This document shows, one piece after another, positions 1-11,153 of a stretch of DNA of 64,000 nucleotides (positions within the stretch are counted from its first letter, which is position 1; every line of letters starts with the position of its first letter). The DNA lies in NCBI GenBank assembly GCA_964187785.1, contig OZ076409.1:69876001-69940000 (forward strand). The letters run 5' to 3'. The notes under the pieces are model-generated. The model was not told the origin of the DNA, made no database searches, and saw only the letters and a program-made list of their open reading frames with translations. The translations under genes and the position numbers were made by a program. This DNA comes from Amphiscolops sp. MND2022 (taxonomy: Eukaryota).

Positions 1-579
1 TTTTGCCGATGGTTGAAGTATTAAAACCAAAACCATTCTTTGTTGAACGCTTTTGGGATAAAAATACGCCTGTTTTAACAGTTATTGAAAACAGTTATCG
101 CCTTTTGCATATTCTTTCTAAAATATACTCAATTTCCATACTTTTCCCGAAAACAATGTAACCCCACTCATATTTAGAATAAGTCAGTATGAAGTAAACT
201 CAATTTACTATTGAAGAGACCGCTTTATAGAAGTGGCAGGTTTCAATATGTACAAATACCGATAAGCTAATTAACCTAAATCTAAATTGATTGGCGGTCT
301 ATGTGCCGTCATTGATACTCTTCATTTCTATCCTTGTCTGAAGTCTGAGGCAGGTTGGAGCGATACAAATGGCTTTACCCATATAGTGGCGAAGTACGGA
401 CGTTTTTGTGACGCCGGTCATTGGACACGTTATGGTTTTTCACAATTGGCTGGTGTTTGCAGTTTGTAGTTTATCAGAATATGCACAAGGTTTGATTTTC
501 TAGGGTTCTTTTCGAAGAGTTGTTATTGACACTTTTTGTGGAATGTCTTTTCGGCTTCGCGAGAAGGTTTTCTATCTAG

Positions 580-3500
580 GTTCAAACATCGCGATCCCCC
601 AATCTTGTCGACACCGGCTCTCCGGTCACCATCATGCCCAACAATCTGACCCTGTTCAAATCAGCAGACATCCGACCATTGAAAGAAAGATACCAAGATG
701 TGAACAAAAACGAGTTCAAACTCCTGGGGAATATATGGGTAAAATATGAAAACAAAAACACACATATCAAATTACCGCATATCAAATTGGGTAAAGCAAC
801 TTCCAATCACCATCAACAGAATTTCATTGGATAAAGAAATCAAACAATCAGAGATGGCGATCCACACAAAATTCAAGAAACTATTTGAAACAAATCACAC
901 AATCAAAAACACCGAAGTGAAAATACAGACCAAGCCGAGGTGTTACCGAAAACAACAGAAAGCACGACCAATACCGTACCACATACAAGACGATGTAAAA
1001 ATGAATTAGACCGAATAATAAAATCCGGACATCTGGAAAGACTAGAGACAATCGAAGAAGATTGTTTTGTATCCCCGGTAGTAATTACGGTGAAAAAAAG
1101 ACAAGACATTCAAAATCGCGCTTGATGCCCGTAACTTAAGCGATAGTTGCATCAAAAACAGACCACATATGCCAAAACATGGACGAACTACTTAACCAAA
1201 TTTCATCCAAACTGTCGAAAAAACGAGCTATATCCAATCTGGATATCAGTAAGAGATCTGGACTATGATTACGAATGAATGAAACTAGCTCCGGAAACAA
1301 GCAATCATTCCAATTTTGCCATTAAGGGAGAGAAAATAAACGGATATTACCTATTCTTGAAGTGATTTTACGGACCAACAGACTTACCGACCACCTTTCA
1401 AAAAAAAGATAGAACGAGCACTCGGCCACCAAGTATCTGTGTGGCTAGACGATATATTTATTGTGACACGCGGCGCAAAAGAGCAGCATACACAAAAACT
1501 GGAAGCAGTCCTAACAAAATTAGAAAACCAAGGATACAAAGCCAGGTAAAAAAGTCAAAATTCTACCACAATGAAAGAGTCTGGCTGGGACACACCATCT
1601 CGCAAGATGGAAACAGACCAAACAAAGGAAAAACAGACGCAATGAACAAACTGAACCCATCGACAAATACCAAAACAATTAAATTATTCCTCGGAGCAAT
1701 ACAATATGAAGTTCATAGCAAACTTACCCAAAGAGACGGACAACATGAGACAATACTTAAAAAGAGTAAAAAATGGCAATGGACGGAAGAACGAAACACA
1801 GACTTCAAAACTTTGAAAAAAAACTAACAACACAACCGTGTGTAGCACACTATAACGGCCACAAAGACAAGACAACATTGTCACAACCGACGCATGGAAC
1901 ATCAGTTTAGGAATAGCATTATGACAACGACAAAATGACAGTGAACTAAAACCAATTGCCTTTGCTAGCTTAATGATGCAGAAAAAAATACTCCGTCGAT
2001 GAATTGGAACTACTAGCCGTAGTTTGGGGCCTTGAACGACTTAAATTCCACCTGAAAACAAACCCAATTAATCTCGGACCACCAAGGTCTGGAACCTCTA
2101 CTGAAAAAAAAACAAAACGAACAAACAATACAGCGCCCACCGCCTAACATGGTGTCTTAGACAGATTAAACCACATTGACATAACACTAAAATACACTGC
2201 CGGTGAAGAAATTAAATTCACCGATTTCATTAACCACAATCCAACAGAAAACGCTGAGCTGGAAGAAAATTACGAAGAAGGATTCGTCATCAACGCTATC
2301 GCGCAGGTTGCAACTGTAAAAGGCCGTTTGGACGGATTTTCAACTAATCAGAAAACAGAGATACGGACGAGACGGCAATCATGCATAATACGCGCGCGTA
2401 AAGTTGTACGCGCCCTGCAAAACAAACAACCGCCATTCCACTTTGACAGTGAGTGCTAATCAGTTTACCACCGAAAGCAGTGAACGCATTACTCAACTAC
2501 AAAAATGAGCTATGGACGACAATAACGAGGACCGACAAAATACGGATAGATTCACCAACGACGGCAAACTGAAGTATCACTGGGTTGCAGATGGCGAGAT
2601 AAAGAGAATCATAAAGAAGAAAGACAATTCCCCAGAAACCAGAGAACTCGTCGAAAAAGAATTGAACTGACGAGACCCGGCCATATGCGCTACCAGTGGC
2701 ACAAAAAACTAGAAAGAGAAATCCTTCTCCCGAGAAGACCAGACGAGGGCGACCAGAAAAAATAAAAAGGATCGATGTTCGCTTACGAAAAAAAAGAAGA
2801 AAGCCGCGACACACATCTTGGAGGCAGATACTTCAGGGACTTCGGCGACGAACTCCCACAGGCACCAGGAACATCAACCAAAAACCAAAACAAATCCGGA
2901 TACAATCAGCACGAAAGAAAAGCACGAGACACCGAAACGACGGTTTCCTCTCCTCCACTACGGAAGAACCGACAATTACTCAAGAACCGGAAACGTACCC
3001 AGCATTCCCTGAACAAAAATACCCGACGGACCAATCGAAAAGAGAGATGCACACTTTGTGCGGATAAACTGGGTCATCCAGAAAAAAGCAACTAGCGACC
3101 GAGAAGCAAGAGGACAACATCCGGTCAGGCGAGTTGGATTTTATGCTCAACCTGGAAACCCTCATAAAAAACAGCAGCAAACTCGGAGCTGATAACAATG
3201 CAGTGCTGCTTAGAAGACAACAACACGCTGGCAATTCCCGAAGTCTGCAAACAAGTGGCAATGAAATTGACTCAACGCTGAGGAATAACAATGGTCGACG
3301 ATTATATCATCGTCCCAAAAAGTCTACGCTATGCCGCACTAAATGCACTACTTTTCGGCAACCAAGAGATTAACAAAATGTGCAGCGATGCAGCAATCTT
3401 CTGGTGGAAAAACATGCGAGCCGACCTTGATAAGAAGGCCAAAACCTCCTCCGACTGCTTAAAAGCCGGTAAGAATTCAAAAACCCAACTACCCATTACC

Positions 3501-4745
3501 GAAAATCGAAAATTTAACAGCCAAAAAGTTCAGGAGAGGAAATTCAAATTGATTTCACGGGAAATCTAAACAGCAAACACATAATCTCCTCCCCATTACT
3601 TCTAATTGCCGTAGACAAAAATACCTGTTGGCCGGTAGCTAAAATTTGCAAAAACACAAATCACGATACGGTTATAACACTCCTACGGGAATATATAAAC
3701 GTTTACAGTGGCACTCCAAATCTACATACCGGTACAGGATTTGTCGAGCGAACCATCCAATCACTGAAGAATCTGATAAATGCAAGTTTAGAAATACAGA
3801 ATTTACGCGAAAGCCTAAATAAAGCAATGTACGTCCTCCAATTTACCGCACGCAGAGACGAAGAAAACTCCCTCCGAACTGCATTTTGGGCTAAAACCGG
3901 GAACTAAATTATTTAACCTGAAAAATGCTATTTCAGTTGACTCTAAAGACTTGTCAGTCTACTTTACCCGCAATTTCGCCGGAAAAATCACGGACCACCT
4001 CGCGATGTCCAAAAAGAAAAGCAACTACCCGAAGTATCAGAAGAGGATGACCTTCATCCGAAAAAAACCGTCAAATACTGTAAGTAATGAAACAAATTCC
4101 AATTACCCGTTTACTTTTTTCGAGAAAGCCCATACAAAAAGCTCACTGGGTAGTAAACTAGACAACAAATTGTAGATTGCAGTCTTTGGTACTAAAGACA
4201 CCATCACCACCGACAAAAACAAAAGAATACACATAAAATTGATTTCCAAACCAATACCTTTCCAGAACACAGCCACATCAACGAAGATAACCAATACATG
4301 ACTCTCGACCACAACTGACCAACCATTCTGCTTAAAGACGACCGACACCGACATAACAATTTGCGTTTACCGCAGAAAAGAACGAAAAACACCGAGAACA
4401 GCAACGATAAACGCAAAACAAAAACAACTGTGGAACGAGAGAGAACAATTTACCAGTCCCGACAAATCAGCTAGCAAACCCGTGGAACTCGATCTGAACA
4501 AAGTGCCAGATGATGACGATTTTCAGTGCTACAATACTAGCGAAGGAAAACCAGTACGCACCAACTTGGACGACGAGCTACAACTCCTGCCAAAAGAAAC
4601 AAGTTTAACCCCAGAAACATTTTTAAAAATGAACGAACCATTTGACAAATCACACCTAACGGTTCAACAACAAGCTAGAATTCAAAAAAAAAACAGAAGA
4701 AGAGTTTCGAGTTTCTTAAAATATGGTTGATGTGAAATTACCTTG
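580..4745 (+). mobile_element. Decayed Ty3/Gypsy retrotransposon pol region (protease-RT-RNase H-integrase), many frameshifts and stops, no LTRs seen
   Basis: LVDTGSPVTI protease motif at 604-633; RT start QQKARPIPYH..ELDRIIKSGHLE..FVSPVVITVKK (950-1100); VWLDDIFIV at 1439-1465; RNase H-like VTTDA..GIAL and ELELLAVVWGLE (1880-2040); integrase-like IIVPKSLR..FWWKNMRADL and GTGFVERTIQSLK (3300-3780). Cut at the right by a Helentron-like insertion. Confidence 0.85.
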
Positions 4746-5274
4746 AACAAGCCGGGAACAGCCCAAGTCGGCGTCATATCTAAGACTCGAAAAGACTCGA
4801 AAACGAAAACCACTTTTTCTACAACTGGAGACAACAAAAGCTCTCAAAAAACTAAAAATTGAGGAAAAAATTCTGAATTTTTTTCGAAATTTTTTTGAAG
4901 TTTCCGGTAAGTCGGATAGCGCCAAAAAATGTAAAAGGGGACGCTTTGGGATTTTTTGAACATCCATTCTGTTGCAAAATATCAAAAATTGATGGGAGGA
5001 ACAATAAAAAAATTTCGGAAAAAAATCAGTTTCACAGCGCCAAAAAAGGAGGAAAGTCTCACAGTGTCGAAACAAGTGGACCCTTCTGCTTTGGAATGGC
5101 TTTTCATCTCATGTTAGAGGCTTTGGATGCGTTGAAAATGAAGTACTAAGTACATATGGTAAAAGTTGGTAAATGTGCAATAATGCACAAAAAGTGGGCG
5201 TTTCGCGTTGAACTGACGAAAAGAAATAGCCACTGTAAGAGTCGGGATTTTCTTCGGAAACGCCGACTAAAAAA
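4746..5274 (-). mobile_element. Non-autonomous Helentron/DINE-1(HINE)-like element
   Basis: One end AACAAG (CTTGTT on -), then a short GGG..CCC stem and AGTCGGCG (4766-4773). Other end has the inverted CGCCGACT (5261-5268) inside a hairpin AGTCGG..CCGACT, followed by an A run. Same architecture recurs at 5278, 30248 and 47662. Confidence 0.6.
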
Positions 5275-5277
5275 GCA

Positions 5278-6035
5278 AACAAGCTGGGACCAGCCCTAGT
5301 CGGCGCCCGCTCATGTTTCTTGAAATTGCAAAGACACCCTGTTTTTAAACTTTTATCACTTTCTCAACGCTAAAAATGCCCCAAAGGATACGCGTAAGAG
5401 TTGGAAACCACATTTTCCCCAACTGGAAACAAAATATCCGTTTTTCGAAAAAAAATGTTTTCGATTTTTTTCGGAAAATTTTCATAGTGCCAAAGAAGGA
5501 ATTTTCAGCTCGAAAAAGTAAATCCGCTCTGAAAGCGGGAGGTTACCCTTTAGCCAAATAAAAGTTCCGCACAGAGCCCAAAAAGTTCTATCAATGTATG
5601 ATGAAGTATTGAGAATAAAACAGCTGTTCGGTTAAATGAGAAAGAATAAGGTCTCACAGTGCCAAAAAACCAAAGGGGGACCCTTTGGCTTCAAATGATT
5701 TTGTATCAACTCCAAATATCCTAAAAATCAAAAGAAGGGCCTATTTGTCTTATTGAAAAATTCTCCAAGAAACGCTATGTCCGGTATTTGTTATATCCGG
5801 AGTTCGTTATATTCGGTTTTGCGTTAAATCTGGTGTGGGTTGTGTTATTGTCGAAGGGGACAATTTAGCACTTTTTACAGCTCAAAGGTAGTATGTAGTT
5901 TGCCAGAACGGACATTACCAAAATTGAAGAATTTTTGGTAGAACTATTTTGGGCAGGTCAGGTGTACCTAAAAAAAACTGACGAAAAGCCATGGCTATAG
6001 TTGACCCTTTTCTAAAGAAAAGCTCCGATTAAAAA
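5278..6035 (-). mobile_element. Second, adjacent Helentron/DINE-1-like element
   Basis: AACAAGCTGGGACCAGCCCTAGTCGGCG at 5278-5305; degenerate terminal hairpin ATAGTTGACC-CTTTTCT-AA-AGAAAAG-CTCCGATT-AAAAA at ~5997-6035; shares CTGACGAAAAG near that end with the 4746 copy. Confidence 0.55.
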
Positions 6036-8199
6036 TGCTTCAGCGCGATTTTCGAACCCGCGTACTCTTGCTTCTCAGAGCGCTTCACCGGGCCTATAAA
6101 TCTGAGTACTCCGCTTCCTCCTTAGTAAAACGCAACTTACTTCGAATATAAGGTCAAAAATTCGGATATAGCGTGCTGAGACAAATGGAAGCGCTTTTTT
6201 CGAACTTCTGCCTCCTCTTTAGTAAAACGCAATAAAGTTCGGATATAACGTCAACAATTCGGTAATAACGCAAATTTTTCGAAACTCCACCTCCAAAATT
6301 CGGACAGTATTGAAAAAATATTTGGTGCATATATATAGAGATTAACAGACAAAAAATCTTCACTTTATAACTCCATCTAGAAAATGCTAATTTGGATATT
6401 CTAGTCACCATGGCGTAGTTCGAACCCGTGCTAATGCGTTTCTTTTTTAGCGGAAAATATCCGGCTGCTTAGCGGGTGTCTTGTTGCGTAGTATTGTTTC
6501 AGCGATAGGTCGTATCGGGAATGTGACAGTTTGGCGAAGTTTGTTGCTCAGATATGTCTTTTTTAGATTTGAATCATGTTTTAAAGTCACAGATCCTAAA
6601 AAGTGAATAATGTTCCCGTGGCGGATCATCTTGAACACTATTGTTCTAAGAGTTGCCCGCATAAACATTCATAAATTCAATCCACATGTGTGCCCCCAAA
6701 CAAAATGAGGCGTAGAACTAGAAAATGGCTGCAAAATTTGGTGTATACAAGTTTAAAGAGATTTCGTTTTGAAAACCTAAGTTTTTAAAACCTAAAAGTG
6801 AAGGCTTAAGTTAACCAGCATCACAAATTAGCGTGAACAGCTTCAGAAGTCATGAGTAATGACGTCATGAACGTAATAACCCGGATGCAGCTCAAGTTGT
6901 CACTGATGTTAGTCAACAGATTGAGAGTCACGATAAATTTGGGATATTCTACCTCATGTATTCAGATTATGAACTGGATAAGGTTTTAAAAAACACGAAG
7001 ATTGTTTGCCTCTAAAAAATGCTTTTAATGATGAAGACAATTGAATTAGGTTTCATCTCGATTGGAAGAAAAAACAAATAAAGGCCGTTTTTGGAAAGAA
7101 CAAAATAATTGAAAATAAATTTTAAAATATTATTTGTATTCAAAAACTTCCTGAAACCTCTCGCGTGTCATTCAGACCGACACTTTTTTCTAAGCGTGAA
7201 AAAATGAAGAATTTTCGTTTTCTCTGGATCTTCCCCCAAAAGAACTGAAGATAAGCATGTTATACCCAGTAACATCTTCGGCAACATTATCCAACCTGGA
7301 AGAAATCTGAGAACGTAAATGAGGATGTTGTGAAAACAATACCACTTCGGTGAAATACCACTTTGGAGCGGAAAACTAGAGATTACTCTGTCGTTGGGCA
7401 AGTGACAAAAACAGACAGCAATGCCGACGAGATTCGTTAGTAATACATTCCGAATTTTAGGATTGAGATTTTATGTTCTATTTTTACATACCTAGAATAG
7501 TAGATCTTCCTATATCGAACTACAATAATTTTGGATCTTGAACCGTTGTACTTAAATATTCCGTCGTACTGTGATTTCAGACCTAGTTCCGTCGTTCAAC
7601 GAAAGCCGGAATCTGTTTCACAGGTTCTAGATAGAGATTCGCCGTTTCTGTATTTGTTTTCAATGCAGCCTAAAATCTTCCAAATTTCAAGCAAGAATCA
7701 AATTTCATGACATACTCTTAGAAAGCAAAATTTTAACTACGTTTTTAATGTTAAAAGATCAAATTTTTACAACGTTCATCATCAGCGTCTCCTTCATTAT
7801 CACGGTTTTTCATGGCAATGCATTCGATTTCACGGGTAATCAATGTTGACGTGAAGCGCAATGTAAAGAATTGAAAAGATACAGAGGGTAGATAATAAAT
7901 TTCTGGTCGAATCCAAGAATTTTCATAACGCCGTTTTTAATCTAGGCTCTCAGGCAAATGATTTCTTAGAACATTCTCACCCTAGACAATGTTAGACAAT
8001 TGGCAGGTACTTTCACTCATTGTATACGACTATCATGTTTCACACGTTTACTACATTTTCCTTTAAAGTAAATGTTTACATTTTACTGATCTTCAGTGTT
8101 TGTTACAAAAAATGTTAATGTGGCATCGCCTAACTGAACACATACGGATTAATAAAATTACAACGCAACTAACAACACTGGCACAAGAGTAGTTTAAAA

Positions 8200-9190
8200 T
8201 TCATGTTACACAGTTACTAAATATCCGACTCGATGTCTCATGACTTCTATATCGAAGTTTTTTGCTGGTATTCTCCTTTTATCAAGCTCTCTTGCCGGAC
8301 CGCTCTTATCCGCCTCCCACTTGGTTGTTGCTTTTGTCGGGATTGCTTTAGTTTCAGGGGTTTTCTCGTTCCCTGGCTTTTTCATTCTCGGGTTTTGGGT
8401 CAATCTCTACTATCTTGCTTGTCCCACCTTCTGTGCTGCTGGTTGCTATGTCTATTACCATGGGTCTTACTTCCGCGGGTGTTTGTACTCGTTTCGTTTT
8501 CTGGGGCTTTTTCGGGTTACTTATTCTTCGCCGCTGTCTCAACTAGTGGTTCCCACTTCACGAGTTCTCTTATCACAGGCTCATCCCAGCACCCTTTTGC
8601 TCTTTTAACGAGATGCCTCGATCTCTTTTTGGATTAGGTCTTTAGCCTTTTAGACGCTCCGGGCAACATCGTGATTTTTTTAGCCTCGTGTGACATCGTT
8701 CGGCCTGCCTTTCTACCAAATGTGCTTCAGAGCTTCGATACGCACGCCTTCTCTTCTCCCGTACTAAGACGAAGGAATCTTGATCATCTCGAAAATCAGA
8801 TTGCTCAAAGCCGACGTTTGGGTCTTGCTCTGAAATATCCAGTAACCTTGACACTAGATTGACTTTGCCATGTTGGGCTCTCTCCACATTTGCTTTTCAG
8901 AAGGTGAGTAGAGAATTTGACAAATCCAAATGGTCCTTAGTAATACTTTTTTATACGCATGTAGCCGTTAGGTAACCGTTCTGATTAATCTCTCGATTTT
9001 GCCATTTCCCCTCTGATTGCGCACTGGACAGGTTATGTGTTCTATACCAAGCTGTTTACATTACTGGGAAATTTTTTTGCCTACGAAAACTGTGCCAGGA
9101 TCAGTTTTTCTTTTCTTAGGTACAACGTATTGCGCTAAAAATTCCGTAATGCGCTTTTTTGTTGTTGGGAGGTGTAAAAATTTTGCGCTC
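8200..9190 (-). mobile_element. Fragment of a Ty3/Gypsy integrase (core plus C-terminal region)
   Basis: Reverse-strand translation gives KTDPGTVF..CKQLGIEHITCPVRNQRGNGKIERLIRTV (~8970-9120), the D...E part of an rve core, followed by a broken C-terminal frame (ORF 8642-8887). Boundaries approximate. Confidence 0.75.
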
Positions 9191-9699
9191 AGAAAACGCT
9201 CCGCAGACTTTCATGCGGTGTGAAATCGTGTAATCGCGCGAATTATTGAGCAATAAGGTTTCATTGTGGTACAGAAAATGAAAACGAGGAATCGTTCGAG
9301 AAATACGTGATATGGCGTGAAAGTGGGAGCCAAAACAAAAACAATCAATTTCGACCGATTTTTTTTTTTGCATTTCTTAATCAGAACCCAGAACCCAAGG
9401 AGCATTTTTTTCCAGCCAGCTAAAAGTGCTTGTCCATGAGTGTTGAAAAATACATTTTGAAACTCTGAAGCAATTTTTGTTCCAGTATCTTGCGGCTTAA
9501 CTAATGAACTTTCCACATTTTTCGCTATAAAATTCATTGAAAATGGCGCGAATTGGACCAAAAGTAACGTGATACGGAAACACAAAAATTTATGGTCATT
9601 CAGCGTCGATTTCTCTGAAGCCTAGTCAAGAATGCTGTCTCATGTTTTTCTAAATCAAAAAGGCGCAAACTTTAACGCGTGGATTTTCGTCGTATTTGC

Positions 9700-10195
9700 A
9701 ATTACAGAAGTTTTGTCGACAGAAATCTCGTCGTCAGAAGTTTCGTGGCACTTACTAGAGTTACCAAATTAGCAACGTTCACGTTAAAAGATATCGATTC
9801 AATTATTCGCCTTTCAAACAGTCTTAACACCAACATTTTAAAAAAGTTGTTTCAACTACCGATAATAGCTGTGACAAGTACCAGGTGACCTGCAATAAAG
9901 CGTATCATTTTTTCGTCATTTCAAGGATCAAATATAATTAAACGTTTTGCGTGGCGATTTATTGATTCAAAGTACCAGCCAAATCTGTCTGATGTCCTCG
10001 AAACGGATGTTATCTTAAGACAAGCGGTAATATAAGTAATGAAAGACTTTTGACATCTTGTTGACAAATGTTTACGTTGTCAAATTTGCATATTTTTGCA
10101 TGCAATCTGAAGCTGCGGCAATTATTTTAAGAACAAAATTTCCGTCGATGAAAGTTCCGATGACAAAGTTTCTGACGACGAAATTTCTGGCAATT
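9700..10195. repeat. MITE-like element with subterminal inverted ~15-bp repeat arrays
   Basis: AGAAATCTCGTCGTCAGAAGTTTCGT (9721-9746) is a near reverse complement of ACAAAGTTTCTGACGACGAAATTTCT (10163-10188); termini AATTACAGAA / TTCTGGCAATT. Confidence 0.45.
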
Positions 10196-11028
10196 AAATA
10201 AAACATCAGAAAAGATAAGGAAGAGAATGACGGCTATTGAAATGAGAAGTTTTTGGGAAAAAATACACAGTGCTGAAAAATGCGACGACAGACCCTTTGA
10301 TATCATTGAGTTTTTACTATTGGTGGAAAAACTTCAGGGAAACAAAGGATTTCCTGTGGCTCCGCTGAATGCTCTTTGGATTTTGGGCTACTTTTGGTCG
10401 AAAACTGGAAAAAACTTTTTTCTGAAGAAAAGCCACAGGGAAACTGTTTGTTCTGTCTCCTTTCGTTAACATATTTGAACCCACGTAAACCTGCTTCCCG
10501 GTCCCAGGCGTCGCGCAGCTAACCTCTAGACCAAATGGAAAGTACTTTCCAGTGTTCCGCAAGCATCTCTTATTGTTTAGCAGAAATTGTTGAAAAAACT
10601 TTTGCTATAAAAAAACGCTATGCAAGACCAATGTTAATGAATTTTGAGTAGAAGGCTTTTTAGAATAGATCGATACTTGTGCGTCTTGTACACATCGCCT
10701 GATAGATCTTTGCTGAAGATCGCATTTCAATGAATACACACAAACTTGTAGCCAACAAAATGGTCGTCTCAGTTAGTACTTAATGTAGTTTATTCTTGAT
10801 TTAGGCTTCAATGCTTGAAATGAATTTCTTTGACAAAAAATTTTTAATGAAGCTCGATGCGAAAAACGAGAGCTGGCTTTAAAACTCGAAATTTTCGAAA
10901 CGAAATAGTACAGCAAATTTTTTTTACCGTTTACATAACAGAAGAATTACATGCATGTTGAAGTAGATTGATCAACCACAATGAAAAGTTTCAAGTAGCA
11001 CTGCCTTGTTTTTGCCATTGCCTTTCAG

Positions 11029-11153
11029 AACTCCAAAAGGAAGAACTATCTCTATGGCAACGACAGGGAAGAGTACAAAGACCCAAACAGAAAAGGATTT
11101 TCAAATAGGAAGAGGCGAGCGAAAAGCAAAGTCAACAAAAAATCGAAATGTTG
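11029..11153 (+). CDS. Beta-subunit-like gene, basic cytoplasmic N-terminal exon
   Basis: CCTTTCAG| acceptor, |GTAAGA donor; open frame NSKRKNYLYGNDREEYKDPN..KKSKC ending in phase 2, matching the exon at 27622. Assigned by phase and position, not homology. Confidence 0.6.

Noticed and set aside
6043..6432. tRNA T-arm/B-box-like TTCGAACCC motifs (also near 36313)
   Set aside because: No cloverleaf, A-box or acceptor stem could be built; at most decayed SINE-like remnants.
6850..7623. Exon-like stretches that might be 5' exons of the beta-like gene
   Set aside because: Some splice-like signals, but in-frame stops and inconsistent phases; no consistent model.
8233..8637. Hydrophobic plus-strand ORFs resembling membrane proteins
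   Set aside because: Antisense shadows of the A-rich minus-strand Gypsy integrase C-terminal region.
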